64,000 nucleotides of DNA from positions 65,782,001-65,846,000 of the forward strand of contig OZ024746.1 in NCBI GenBank assembly GCA_964016885.1. Reading direction: 5' to 3'. Position 1 is the first letter of the stretch. Every line of letters starts with the position of its first letter. Source of the stretch: Eledone cirrhosa. Lineage: Eukaryota. Below, piece after piece: positions 1 to 14,491 of the stretch. The notes beneath the pieces were generated by a model, which saw nothing but the letters and a program-made list of their open reading frames with translations, ran no database searches and was not told where the DNA came from. The translations under genes and the position numbers were made by a program.

Positions 1-169
1 ATTGATGCCGACATAGAAGTAATTCATTCACACGTATCCATAATGCAGTTATACTTTCACTCATAACATGCATGTTGTTTCCAAATTTCTACCCAAAGCG
101 ATAGATATATAAGTATATCACATGCATATACACATACATATATACATAAATACACCCATACGCACATGC

Positions 170-201
<32 letters not shown>

Positions 202-571
202 GTGGTATATCGTATCCATATATTCATACATATATTCATACACATATTCATACATATATTTATATATATGTATGTATATATATGTGCATATAGACAGGGA
301 CATCTACTTACAGGTGCGATCACACAATCATAAATTCATACACACTTGCAGAAACGCATACAATATATGCGTGTGTATATATACACTCAAACTTAGATAA
401 TATGTTAAGATATCTTTGCAGCTATTGATAGTGTTGAAAATGTGCTCATATCTTAAGTCAAGAAAAATAACACATTTTTACTAAGCATAGCATACTTGCT
501 CTCGTTGAAGATATACTAAGTTTGTTTTAAGTGTTAATAATATAAGTTATTGTACAATATTCGTGTAAGTA

Positions 572-1134
572 CTACGAGTCGGCATTTAAATTTACATCGG
601 GCTTTCGTAATGGCTCGATGACCAATATAACAAGGGATGATAGAAAAGAGCCAATGAGGAAAATCCAAAACAAGAACCGGTCCATGACAAGTGCAACGAG
701 CTGCCACTCCAAAACTACTTGCTCGTGGTCATCTGCTTCCTGCCGCGAGACCAAAATTTTCAAATGTCTAGTGATTTTTTCTCCCCCGTGGCCATGGCCT
801 CTGCTTGTTCCACTCTTCTCTGTTGCCAGTGCATTACTCGGAGCAAGAGTTCCATTACAATTTGTAGGGTCACTGGTGGTGCATGTACTATCTACATATG
901 TTGTCAAACACATGTCTTCTTTCGGGATATCATCTGTCAATGCGTACCTCCGCCAAGGTTCGCGCCGGCCGTGTGTTGAGATGCACACAAGTCGTGCGAG
1001 GAAATTGAAACTCAGTAACTTCAGCCATCTGGCCACTGGCTTTTGCTGTGGACCAACGTGATGTAGTTGAAGTACAAATACAGTCAGAATAATTGACAAC
1101 GACGTCATACCCATTGTCACCGTCAAGTAGATGC
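572..1134 (-). CDS. nAChR alpha subunit, last coding exon (M3, intracellular loop, M4, stop)
   Basis: After tttcag|, GC completes Gly, then IYLTVTMGMTSLSIILTVFVLQLHH (M3) ... EWQLVALVMDRFLFWIF (MA/M4) ... NLNADS. TAG stop at 572-574. Confidence 0.96.
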
Positions 1135-1697
1135 CTGAAAGTAAACAAAAAATGTAAAAATATTAAAGTTGTTATTTTATTTATTATAATAGTACACAGA
1201 GCTAAACTATGTTTATGTTCTAAAGTGTTTTAAAGTGGCTATGTAAATTACACACACAAGTAGACGCGTGCACTAACACACAGACCAAAACACATACATA
1301 TGTATGTGAGCATATTTTGTGTATGTGGTGTGAGTATACGCTTGTGCGCATGTTCGCATATATATATATATATGTGTGTGTGTGTGCGTATGTGTTTAGG
1401 CCTGTGCCTATATATATATAGGGATTTTGTTTTTCTATAAATGTATGTATATACAAATAAATTTTATTTTACATTTACAATTTACACGTAAGAAAAGTAT
1501 TTTTGTGTTTATCCCGAGCATATTTCCCCAAATCTAATATTCTGTTTGAACAGCATTCTAAAATACACATTTAAAATATCCATTATTAAATTGCAAAAAT
1601 ATTGCAATATGTATACATACACCCACGAAAATATCTACACGCATAACACATTCCCTTGCACACACAATCACATAAGTATATATATATATATATATAT

Positions 1698-2085
1698 TTA
1701 AAAGAATAGAGGTGCAATACAAGAGATGTGATATATTGGTAAAAGGAAAAGAAAATGCTGATAAATTGTTCCCAGTGAAAAAATAGTTTAATTAGGAATA
1801 AGTAAAAATTAGTAATAAGTATTGTTTAGTATTCAGTTTTAGTTTTAAGTTTTTATCAGTTGCGCATTTCTAATGCTTTTCAAAAATAATTTTGAGATAG
1901 AGCGCCCATGATGTTTGCCCTAATCTCGGGCGCTCTATCTCAAAATTATTTTTTAGAAATGCGCAACCGGTAAAGACTTAAAAGTAAAACTGAATACTAA
2001 CCAATACTTATTACTAATTTTTACTTATTCCTAATTAAACTATTTTTCACTTGGAACAATTTGTCAGCATTTTCTTTACCTTTTA

Positions 2086-2094
<9 letters not shown>
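1698..2094. mobile_element. Palindromic element between (TA)n tracts (probable PLE terminal remnant)
   Basis: Arms 1731-1907 and 1928-2094 are near-perfect reverse complements around a 20-nt spacer, with a ~33-nt unpaired extension on the left. Confidence 0.7.
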
Positions 2095-2130
<36 letters not shown>

Positions 2131-2283
2131 AAAGTATGTGTTCCTACCGCCTTGCTTTCTGTCTTTGCACACCGCACTAGACAAAATTGTTTCTTCTCTC
2201 GTTCACTCTCATTCGGGAACAGTTTTGTGTGGCGCCAGTTTGTGATTTGAACTCGAGAATTTTATATTCTCCGAGTGAGAAAA

Positions 2284-2365
2284 GCCTTCTGAGGATGATC
2301 TCTTTCTCAATGAAAATCCGCTTGGATTATCTATTTATTTTGGGATCGGAAACCGCGGTAAAGGC
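2284..2365 (+). ncRNA. Type I hammerhead ribozyme motif
   Basis: GCCTT-CTGAGGA-TGATCTC...GGGATCG-GAAAC-CGCG-GTA-AAGGC: 5-bp stem I, intact core, 7-bp stem II, 2-bp stem III with palindromic loop, GUA site. Confidence 0.85.
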
Positions 2366-2557
2366 ACATATAGTAAGTACAGTCAACCTTTTGAAATGTA
2401 TTTTAAAACTTTTTCTCTATTTGCTAAACCTTGATTTTATATATATATATGTAAAAAGTTCTATTTAATTTGTTGGGATACAACAAACAAATATTTTTAT
2501 AACTATATATATATATACATATATATTTATATATATATATATATATTTATATATTTA

Positions 2558-2600
<43 letters not shown>

Positions 2601-2886
2601 CATACACATATACACACATACACACACATACACACACACACACATGCGTGCACACACACACACACACACACACATACACATATATATATATATATGTATT
2701 AAGGAAAAAGAACAAAGGATCTTCTATGACATTACAACAAGTTTATTGCCGACAGCCGTTTCGTCCGACCATACATCTTGCTTATATATATGTATATATA
2801 TAAAACATAAACAGAAATAATATATCAAACGGCATAGTACATTGAAGAAATATAGAAGTTTAACGTTTGAAAGAGCAGGAAGAGAA

Positions 2887-2922
2887 CCTTAACGTTTCGG
2901 TCACTAGTATTTTATCAGAAGA
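2887..2922 (-). ncRNA. Degenerate minimal hammerhead motif
   Basis: Minus strand reads TCTT-CTGATAA-AATACTAGTGACC-GAAAC-GTT-AAGG; core G8 is mutated. A second 3' half (GAAACGGCTGTC followed by AATAAA) lies near 2742-2766. Confidence 0.5.
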
Positions 2923-4809
2923 TAGAGTTACCAATAGGAGTTAAATAGAAAGTTAACAATGATAAGAGGAAGGTACGGGGAAAAATGGGGAAAAAAGGGG
3001 AAATAAATAAACACACGTGTTTATTCAGTGGATCATCGATGAGTCAAATATATGTGTTTGTATGCGTATGCGTATAACTTCGAAATTATATTTAAAGTCT
3101 TTGAGCAATGTGCTTTTAGAAAAAAAAATAGAACTGGACTCTATACTTTTTCAAAGTAAAGTCTTCAAGTATATCGTTCCGTTTCAAATAATTTTAAAAA
3201 ATGTCAGCTCAAAGTTAGATTTGTTGTTGTTATAATACTGATTGATTAAAAATCACGAAACTGTTTACAGATCAACAATAATCATGACGAAAAATAGCAG
3301 CAACGAAGTCAAGGAGAGGCAGACATACCTCAAACATCCAGGCGCGACGTGAGATAACATATTTTTTTGTGTCAACCTGACGGTTTACATTTCATTGTAT
3401 TTGTAAATATTGTCATGAAATTGAAACAAATTTGAAATTTTATCACCAACCTTGTAAAACGTGTTTTGATCTGTCTCTGTCGACGTAAACTTTGAGGTGT
3501 TAATATTCAATTTCTTTGCAGAAGACTGATATGGTCGAAGATTCAGTCTTGGAAATGACTAATATTATAACGCATTGTTCAAGACGTCTAGGTATATTTT
3601 CAAAATTCTTCGACAATTTCTTATACAATGCTTCCAACTCGAAATGTAAATCATCAATTTTAGACACGAACAAATTATATATGTAAATATGTAAATAATA
3701 TAAATATCATAGTGGTTTATTTTTGGAAATCTCAAACACATAGGTGTCAAACGATTTGGACATTTCGGGAGGACCTTCACTACTTTCTGTCTGATTGTTT
3801 AAAATTACTTTCTTATTACCCAAGGATTTTGTAAGTCATGTGTATATGCATTTTAATCTATTATATATTATTGCATTTCATTGACTGTGGAGGTATGAAA
3901 AGCATTGCCAGTTTGCAATCATTTTAAAATTTACAATATAGAAACTAGAATTATTTAGGTATTTCGCGAGCCGCTTATCTGTTACTACAGACACCACATA
4001 TTACTTAACTATAATGTTTTTGTATAAAAATATAGTTCACAGCTATAATTTTGATTCTGTTATATTTATAGAGAATCACCCGTTGTTATGCGTAAAACGT
4101 GCGTGTCACAGTGTGTAATGATAATTATTTTTGCTTGAGCAAAGATCACGCTGGGTAAATTACTATTTAGTAGATAGAAACCATTAGAATATCAATAATG
4201 AAATCCCATGAAATATAAAGAAGCCATAATCCAATTTTATTTGTAAATGTATATAAAATATTATAGTATATTCAGAGAAAGTAATCATACAATATTAATG
4301 GAATCTGACAGCGTTTACTGTACATGGTACATTACAAATAAATGACAGAAAATTAATTTTGACAATATATGTCTTTAAAAATGTTACGTCAAAAGAGAGA
4401 TGTCCCAATTTCGGCCTCTATTACAAAATGGCTTAGCTAAATTATACAATAGTATATAGAAAGTTATATACTGTTTAATAATATCTCATACCAGAGGAAA
4501 TGTGACGTAACCGCCTGTCGTCAGTATTATGTAATACCATTAATTGCCACTTGTCATTAGAATTGCTTTTTCAGTATAATCACAATTTTGTAAGCTTAAA
4601 AATTGATGTTAGGAAAGTTCTGGGGCCGTTTTGGATCATGAAAACATATCTTATTAGGTTAAATTGTTTTTTCGTTAAAACTAAAGCATGTTGATTTCGT
4701 TAAAACTAAAGCATGTTGATATTTGGTTCTCTTCTCTTTGGAAGCATGTTGCTACCCCTGGTTCTCCTGCCAGGTGGGTTTGCCCGCAAAAGTATTTCAG
4801 GGGCTGCTG

Positions 4810-5135
4810 CTGCAGTAATACACCAGTTTCAACATTCAATAATCAGAAGAAGCGGGTAAGTGTAAAGGCAAACCTCACTATCTTCAATTCGGTATCTGTG
4901 CCAACCCTTACCTGTGGTCGTGAATGGTGGGAAATGACTGAAAGAACATGCTCGTGAGTACAAGTAACCAAAAATGAGGTTCCACCGGAGGACATTTGGA
5001 GCATCGTTACTCGATAGAGTACGTCGCTCGCAAACCTCAGAGTAACACCATGTAGAGCAGCTGCTTCTACAATTTCAGAGATCACAGCTCCAACACTATG
5101 GGCATATAGTTAGAATGCCCCAGGAAATAATCGCT
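4810..5135 (+). mobile_element. Decayed RTE-like LINE fragment (end of RT ORF)
   Basis: IFNSVSVPTLTCGREWWEMTER resembles the PTLTYG-E-W motif C-terminal to the RT domain in RTE-clade LINEs. The frame is broken by stops and frameshifts. Confidence 0.65.
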
Positions 5136-6718
5136 TGACAAGAACATAATAGTTTATTAATCTCTAAAATTAAGCGTAACACTTTTGCCATGGTTACACT
5201 TGTTACTTTCATGTTCCTTAATTATCCTGTATTTTGCCTTGATTCTTAAATATATTTAAGGCTGTGGAAAATTTTAAGTTATTTGCTAATTCATATTACT
5301 AAACTTTAAGTGAAATGCTAATTCTATTGCGGGTGTTTGAAAGCAGGATTTGCTTGAATGAACTTGCTTGAATGAAGTTATAGGCATATAAGGAAATGAA
5401 TTATACAGCTATGTAATATACAGTTAGATTACTTGAATATGTGTGAAGATAAAGAATAGAAATAGCACATTTATTATGATTTATTAAACACACAATGAGT
5501 TTAATATGTATAGAGAGAAATACATTGGAACATAGTATTCTAATACATACGATAATCTAAACTTTTCGTGATATCCCTTCGGGGGTTATAGCAAATAGAA
5601 AATAAAATAGATATATAGATATATCAAGCAAAATTTGCGATGTTTGTCCATGATTAGAATATTTCTAGTTGTTTGAATAAGTTTTATGCTTTTTTTCATT
5701 TACTTTCCTTCATATTTCACCACACATACATATTACACGAACGCCTATTTATTAAATTGAAGTTGACAAGTAATAATACAGTTGTTCCTGTACAATAAGT
5801 AATGATACTGTTGGGAAGAATCACAATTCAAATTCTTGGCAAAATTGATAGAAATGATTTGCGGTAGCTGTTCCGACAATAGGTTTTCAGTTCAAATTTC
5901 CATCGATATCGACTTTACCTTTCATCCTTCCGAGGACAATGCAATAAGGTTCCGATCGATTTAATATGCTGGCCCTGCTATACAATTTTTCCCAAAATTT
6001 CTTTACAGATATATTATAATGGTGGCTAATGACAGATTCGACGCGATGTCGGTTATAATGCGTTGTCGTATTTTTTCCGGAGATTTTGTGATCTGAGCAC
6101 AGAGGTCAATTTTGCCCTTCATTATTTCGGCGTCGATATATAAATATCATTACTTTATTAAGGTAAATTGATATTTTTACCAGCATTTTACTTTCTAATG
6201 TTAAATATCACTGAAGTCAACTCTCTTTCGTTCTTCCGGGCTCGATAAAAAAGGACCACTGAATCATTGGAAGAGATTTGATTCACATTCCCTTTATTTC
6301 AAATTTCAAATTGTCGATTTTATGTATAAATCATAACGCATTAGAAATACGGCGGTGGATTAACAGAGTCCTAGTAGCGCCAGACGAAATACTTTGAATA
6401 ATTTAGTTACATACATTCGAATTTTAAAGCCCACTTAAGTTACATTTATCTTCCATTCTTTCGGGATCAATAAAATATAGCACCTTTCAAGAATTGAGGT
6501 AAATATAAGCCGACTAATCACTCGACATAAATTTGCTTTGTTTACTTATGGATATCGACATGTGAGAGTGCTACACCTAAAATATATAAATCCCTTCATC
6601 TTTATTGAGCACTTAGTAAAGTCTTGTACTAAGAAATGACTATGTATCTGTATCAACATTGATGCACACACTCATATATATACACACACAAACAAGCATA
6701 CATACGTATTTGAGCACA

Positions 6719-6772
<54 letters not shown>

Positions 6773-6805
6773 CATACACACACACTCACCCACACACCAC
6801 ACATT

Positions 6806-6843
<38 letters not shown>

Positions 6844-7436
6844 ATGAGTGTGACTTCTGCTTGATCAGTAACAAATAAACTGTAATGTGTGCAACGAAGG
6901 GAGAGTCAAACTTTGTGGATTTACGAAGAAAAACTTACAACAAGTTCGTTTCTTAGAGACTAATGCTGGCAACGATCCACATAAAGCTTAACATTTGCTA
7001 AAGCTAGCTGATATTCTATCAGCAAATGTTTAGTTTTTGTATGGCAGTTGACTATATTTAAGTTAGCTGTACGAGCACACATTGTATATAGCAGGCGCCT
7101 TCCTGACATTTTTATTACTAACTGTTGCAAGAAAACGACATAAATCTATTGGGCACCAATGTATATTTTCTTGAATTCAGAAACAATAAATATTCATGAT
7201 ATAATTGTATCCGACTGACCGTATAAAGTAGGAAGCAAAACAAGTGAAGAATACACGATGTAAAATTGCGATCAAATAACATTACTGTATTGTTTGTTGC
7301 ATTGCCTAGAATACTACCGATTAAAAGATTCTCCGCCAAAGAATCTCACACATGCACACATATATACGTATGTCTAAATCAATAAGAGAATTATATACAC
7401 ATGACTATTTATAAATATATATATATATATATACAC

Positions 7437-7470
<34 letters not shown>

Positions 7471-7781
7471 GGGGGGGGGACGTGCATATATGTGTGTCGG
7501 CGTGTGGTTGCCTGTATCGGTCGAATCGGTCAGACTCTAAATATGTAGGTCTATATGCATTAAGCAATACGAGTGCTTTCGAACTGATTCTTCATTTATC
7601 AATCCTTAATATTTGTAATAAATATCTCTCTTTTAACAAGTTTCTGCCAAACTTTTTGCCCCATGCTTCACTCTTACATTATATAATATATTAAATAATG
7701 TAATATAATATAATATAATATAATATAATATATTATAACAATGTAATATATAATATTTTCTATAATACATAATACTAAGTA

Positions 7782-7958
<177 letters not shown>

Positions 7959-8018
7959 AATGGTATAGAATGATACGAAATTTCATTTCTCACTCTTAGT
8001 ACGGCACTTACTTAAATG

Positions 8019-8348
8019 TAAGTATGTATGTATACGTACATACATATATGTATACAGACGTTCAGTTGTATTTATATATATACATACATGCACACATATA
8101 TATATGCACGTATCGGTTTACCGAACATTTATTATAATGTTCCGTTTGTTTGTTTGTAAACAAACAAACAGCCCGAATTACGCCGTACAGTGTTTAGGCA
8201 ACCGCGTCACCTTTTTGTTCAACACTGACACAGGAACGATGTACTAGTTTCAAGTTTATTAGCTATCGTCACCATCGTATACCTTCCTGCCAGATGGTTG
8301 AACGTCTGTATACATATATGTATGTACGTATACATACATACATACATA

Positions 8349-8352
<4 letters not shown>
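8019..8352. mobile_element. MITE-like element with ~45-bp terminal inverted repeats
   Basis: 8019-8064 (…tatgtataCAGACGTTCA) is the reverse complement of 8299-8352 (TGAACGTCTGtatacata…). Confidence 0.5.
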
Positions 8353-8383
<31 letters not shown>

Positions 8384-8571
8384 TTCCTTCTGTTGACGAA
8401 ATGGAGACAATTATTAGGTGAAACATAGATTTTCAGTCTAGGCCTAAATATTGGTGAAAATATGCACAGACTAATCTTCACGGTCTCACTCAGATATTCT
8501 ACACACAAAATCATTGTTACATTGATACACACACAGTTACACACACAACCATGCACGCACCCCCCCCCCCC

Positions 8572-8961
<390 letters not shown>

Positions 8962-9204
8962 CTGTGTGTTTATATATAGAACAATGAAAACAAGACAGAA
9001 GTCAGAGGTAGGTAGCTAATCAGCTCCTTGTTTTACTATCATTTCGAGGAGCTGATTGATCGTTGAAGTCGACTTTCAGATACCTGGGCACTGTTTTCGT
9101 CCCAGCACTGATCTAACATGGGCTAAATCCCCTTTGGGAGCGACTGTTTCTTCCCCTGCGTATGCGTACAATTGCTTTTCCTTTTCCGTACAATCTCATT
9201 TAGA

Positions 9205-9245
9205 CCGAGCTGATGCTCCGAATAAGGTGAAACAATTGTTCTCGG
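9205..9245 (+). ncRNA. Minimal type I hammerhead motif (A9 mutated)
   Basis: CCGAG-CTGATGC-TCCGAATAAGGT-GAAAC-AATT-GTT-CTCGG. Same element family as 52745-52985. Confidence 0.7.
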
Positions 9246-9343
9246 AAATGGTGAACTAACTGTTGTGGAACTACTTCTACCAAACACCTCCCATGGACTG
9301 AGTGTTCTACTACTACGGATAAAACCCAACAGTGTTCTACTAT

Positions 9344-9423
<80 letters not shown>

Positions 9424-10067
9424 GTATAAGTCGAAATTGTAGCTGCAGTAGAGTAGGTACATTCACACACACTCACACCCACCCATGCATACATAACTAC
9501 ATGTATACCATGTATACCCCCCCCCACATATATATATATATATATGTATGTATGTGTGTCTGCATGTGTGTATATACTGCCTCATTAATCAATGAATTCA
9601 CACGATAAAATGGCAGACAATAAATTTCTTGCTAAATCCAGACAAATATGTCACACATTTTTTTCAATTCCTACGTAATATAGAATAAACAAATGCTTAG
9701 GAGTTAGCAATTACTGTTAAATCATTGCCAACTAAGAATAAACGATTTTCACGCCATCATTATGTAATCTTTATCGAAAGTTTATTCGTAGAAGATTTAC
9801 TGTTAAAGAGACGAAGATTTTCGTAATCCTAACATTTGCATAGAATCAATAATGGTTTCACTTTACTATAAATAACGAAATTCTGTGCGATCTTTTCATC
9901 ATACTGTTCATTTTGTTTGTAATTGTATTATATATGCTTTTAATTGTGTTAGAACGAACTGAATATTAGGTTGGATAGAAAGTTCTCGAGGTTTTGGAAA
10001 TTTTGATTGACTTTGGTGTTTTTTAACATTAGGCAAATTTTACAAGTCAAACTAATCGCTATCATTT

Positions 10068-10243
10068 TGGCAGTATCGGTAGAAGGTCGGATGCCATGCT
10101 TTCCAGCATAGTTACGTCCCTTTACGATCTGAGTTCAAATCCTGCCGAGGTTGACTTTGCCTTTCATCCTTACGGGGTCGATAAAATAAAGTACCAGTAA
10201 TACACTGGGTAATTGCTGGCCTTGTGCCTAATGTAGACACAAT
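10068..10243 (+). mobile_element. tRNA-derived SINE (dominant family in the window)
   Basis: A-box-like TGGCAGTATCGG, B-box GAGTTCAAATCC, conserved body GCCTTTCATCCTTACGGGGTCGATAAAATAAAGTACCAG. Confidence 0.85.
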
Positions 10244-10761
10244 CATTTGTGATTACGTTCTACTATCGTTTAGGAAGACACGATTAAATTCCTGACGAAC
10301 TCTTCCGGCTTCGAGGTTGATAAACTCTTCAGCAAATGATTTAACTGTACTTCAATACATTGCTCATTGAAATAGATATTAGATTGTCTGTAGGAGTGAG
10401 GCTTAGCAAATACAGAGGGTAGGCGGGAATTCCAACCCTTGCTCATGCAGCTTCTCACGGGTCACACTTAATGTATGCAACCGATCGTTATCATGAAGGA
10501 ATCGAATATGACCATTGCGTGGGTGCACCTGTATGAATCTCGCCATCAATTTATGGCGTTGTTGACAATGGACGTCAGAGGTTATGCTGGTGGGCGCTGA
10601 TCGTAGTGGATGGCCCCACTGCAGTGTCGCCTCAATGGAGCAAGATGGACGTCCTGCGCAAGGTCGATCTTCAAGGCTGTAATCACTGGAATGGAATCAT
10701 GAGAACCAATTCTTGGAACTGCGTGCATACATTCTGTATGACTCAGAGTCATTATTAATGC

Positions 10762-11148
10762 GACGGTGGATTGGAGGTATCGGTAGAGGGTTGAGACGCC
10801 AAGCTTTGAAGCATATAGTTACCTCCCTTTATGATCTGAGTTCAAATCCCGCCGAGCTTAACTTTGCCTTTCATCCTTACGGGGTCGATAAAATAAAGTA
10901 CCAGTAATACACTGGGATAATTGCTGGCCTTGTGCCAAAAGGAGAAACAATTATTAATGTGACGGTCGATTGGCAGTATCGGTAGAGAGTCTGACGCCTG
11001 GCTTTATAGCAAAGCGTTACGGCCCTTTGTGGTTTGACTTCAAATCCCGCCGACGTTAACTTTGCCTTTCATCCTTACGGGGTCGATGAAATAAAGTACC
11101 AGTAATACACTGGGATAATTGGTGGCCTTGTACCAAAAGTAGAAACAA
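10762..11148 (+). mobile_element. Two tandem copies of the tRNA-derived SINE
   Basis: Copies at about 10762-10950 and 10960-11148. ATTATTAATGYGACG occurs before, between and after them. Confidence 0.85.
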
Positions 11149-12209
11149 TTATTAATGCGACGATTGGTGCTTCTGTGCTGAGGCCATTTAAAGTCATTAA
11201 GAGCCGCAAATGAATGGTTTGGGTAGATCCATGTTGCTATGACGGCATAACATGAAATGAGAAAAGCACATATTGCATACCAAGGTCACTTATATAAGTG
11301 CCCATGCGTAAACTTCAACATTTCCTGTAAACTCTATTTTTGAAAACGTCGAGAACCTTCTGTCCAACCCAAAACAAATGATTATATACCTTTAGATCTG
11401 ATAGGATTTTGAGACAAACCAGTCAGAAATATGTACGCGCTACTTATTCTATTACATAATCGCTTTTAATATTTGACGCAATATATAAGCGAGGAAGGAG
11501 GAGAGAGAATTAGATACATTGCCTCTAGACATGTGGTTATCTTTGCAATAAAGGAACTTGTCTTGATTTATAATGGATGTGAATTTTTTTTCTCCGAAAA
11601 GTTTTTTCGTTCTTGTTTCTTTTTGTAAAACTTGCTCTTCTATTCTGTTTTTAGTTTGGTATACGCTGCGTCTCGAGCAGCTTATTTCCTACTAATTAAA
11701 GATTCGGATACGAAAATCTACCCCCCCCCCCCTAACTCGGGAAAAAATCCTACTAAATTGCAATTTTGCTTACTAATCATCGATAAAAAGAATGTGGCTT
11801 TCATGGCTTCATTAAATTCCGAAATGCCATCGTAAATAGTCGAGTAATCAATCATTTTGATAAAACGTTCCTGTATAAAACAAAAGAAAAATAATTTCTT
11901 TGTGTTTTTTATACGTTGAATAATTAAACTCTGATAACTGTTTACAGTACCGTATACCCAGTAATCTTATCGTATTTTCTATTTATTTTACTATCAATAC
12001 CGAATATACTATAATGAGTTTATTTGCAGTTCTTTGATGCGTATTGAGTACAGGATGAATTTATATCGTAAATGACACAGATATACTGATATTGATAGTC
12101 CCATGAAATTTTGAATTAATTGACCCGACATCTTGATGTCAAAGCTAACGTTTGTATTTTGATGTATTTCTGGACATGACATGTATGTGTCAAACTAGCT
12201 GTCTCAAAA

Positions 12210-12302
<93 letters not shown>

Positions 12303-12499
12303 TATATCCATCTATTTATCTATCTATGTTTCCGTCCATATATTGTGTACGTGACCAGATGGACAATCATTATAATCTTGCAATATACATTAAATAGTCA
12401 GCTAGTTATAAGTAATTATAAATCCCTACTTCCTTACGGACAACTGACGCTGCAACCAGATCCGAACATAGAAGAGCCGAGCTCGCACTGTCATCGCCT

Positions 12500-13670
12500 C
12501 CATCTCTCTGAATTATGAGCAAATGGGGTCCCACGTGCTGGTCGCCCAACAGATCTGGACGACAGAATGGAGAAGCCATTTCCACGGAGGATGCTTTACG
12601 ACTTCGTTGAGGGCAGCATAGCGTGCAAGGCAGCCAGCACTGTAGCGACAGGAAGATGGTAAGAAGAGCCATTCCATCTCGCGAGGCTCACACCTGCGGC
12701 TAGCCAGCTCAACGCCTATGGTGGTAGGTAGGCAGGTAGACCTAGGGCCAAGGACACCAGAAGTCTCCACTGCTATGGGCTCGACTGCAAAACTGTCGGA
12801 GAGCGACCGATACATGGAGAGTTTACCCTCCTCAGCCTGAAAGGCAGAAGAACCTGGGTTAGTCGCAGATTGCACCAGATTGCGGTTGGAGAATGTGTCG
12901 CTGCAAATGGCATCATAGACGAGGATTTTACCACCGCGGAACGAGAAGATGGTCATAACGTCTGGCCTTTGTCTTCCCCTCTGTCCAGCTCCACCAGCTC
13001 GAGCTGGGAGGGGAAGCCTACAGCATCCAAGCCATGCTTTACGACTTCGTTGAGGGCAGCATAGCGTGCAAGGCAGCCGGCACTGTAGCGACAGGAAAGC
13101 GGGTGGAGGCCGAAAGAGTCCACATTGGATCCGGAGCGATATTTGTGTGGCTCGCATATCCGGAGGCCAAGCCCCAGGGAAACCCAGATGCGCATACTAT
13201 CATTGTCCAGCTGCGTGCCAGTAGAAATGGAGGGTAAGGCATGGAGCTAGGCACCTCTGTGGGGTTGTGAAGCCGCGCGCCAACAATTAAACCCGGCGCT
13301 GGTCGAGCTGGCACGCTAGCCTGTCTGATGCCAGGTTGCACTGGATGGCATCCCAAATACTCTGGGGAGACTTGACGTCAGTAGGGGTAGAAGGTGGAAA
13401 GACGTCTACTGGGCTATGTCCAAGTCGGTTCTACGTCTCACAGGCGGTCTCACGTTCCTCGATCACAGTGGGTTCCATTGTGTTTTGGAGAACCTTGTTT
13501 GTGAGGACGTGACAAGTAACGCCGGCAAAGCCACCGGGATCTGGGACCGGAAGCCAAGGCTACCATATCTAACCGGTAAAGTGACTTGTTGCCATCCAAT
13601 GTTGTCAAGCATGACGTTGCATATCTCTTCAGCTGCCGCTCAGATACAAGCGTCCAGGTCAGCAAGATCC
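12500..13670 (-). mobile_element. Decayed non-LTR retrotransposon with restriction-like endonuclease (RLE)
   Basis: GC-rich island encoding RPDVMTIFSFRGGKILVYDAICSDT...EEGKLSMY...EPIAVETSGVLG, which matches the RPD..D..K..Y..P-avE-G pattern of RLE domains. Frameshifted; about 12592-12655 duplicates 13034-13097. Confidence 0.75.
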
Positions 13671-14316
13671 ATCTATGTATCTAATATTCAGCTAATATTT
13701 CCATCAATATATTTTACTTATCTATTTGTCTGTCAGTGTGTCTATCCATCAATTTATTTGCCGATGTTTCTATCAATATATTATAGCTATCTATCTATGT
13801 GTCTCTTTAAGTCGGTTTTAATATCTCTATCAACTTATATGTTTATTTAATTGACCATTAACATCTAAAATAACTTGTTTTGCGTTTTGTTTTACTATTT
13901 TGTCATTTCGTCATTTTATATAATTTTATCGCCTTGCTGTAAACGACATATAATTGTACTAACTTACTAATATACATTCCCATGTCTAATGCTATTTACA
14001 GATTGTACATAGATTTGAAGAATAACTACAATCTTTTCGTGCAAAATGGTATTATAGCTGGTGTATTGATTCAAACCTAGGGTCATGAAGAAATATATAT
14101 TTCAACCATCATGTCCAGAACTAAGAACTAAGGTGCAGCAGCTCAGTTAGATAGGTATCATTACAATTATTTTATTATTGGTATGTTGATATTTAAATTA
14201 ACGTTGTAGCATTTCAGTTTTTTTTAAATCTTTCATTACGATTATAGTCTGACCGGCAGTAAACATATTCAGCTAAACAGCTCTTTTGAATGAGCAATCA
14301 ACATACATTATTATTT

Positions 14317-14491
14317 TAGCAGTATCGGTAAAGCGTCGGACGCCAAGCTTTGCAGCAAAGAATTACGTCCCTTTGCGGTCTGAGTTCAAATCCTGCCGAG
14401 CTTAACTTCGCCTTTCATCCTTACAGAGTCGACAAAATAATGTACCAGTAATGCACTATGATAATTGCTGATTTGTACCAAAAAGTAGAAA
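14317..14491 (+). mobile_element. tRNA-derived SINE
   Basis: Same B-box and body as the other copies, more diverged. Confidence 0.8.

Noticed and set aside
618-1061. 147-aa plus-strand ORF
   Set aside because: Antisense shadow of the last nAChR exon.
5850-6500. Several very old SINE-like fragments (also near 21440, 36400, 44920 and 60600-60900)
   Set aside because: Probably real, but boundaries cannot be supported, so they are not listed as separate features.
10420-10740. GC-richer island, possibly a LINE 5' or endonuclease remnant
   Set aside because: Too degraded to assign by eye.
10068-11148. CRISPR-like repeated units
   Set aside because: These are ~185-bp dispersed SINE copies with Pol III boxes and TSDs in eukaryotic DNA; no repeat-spacer array or cas genes.
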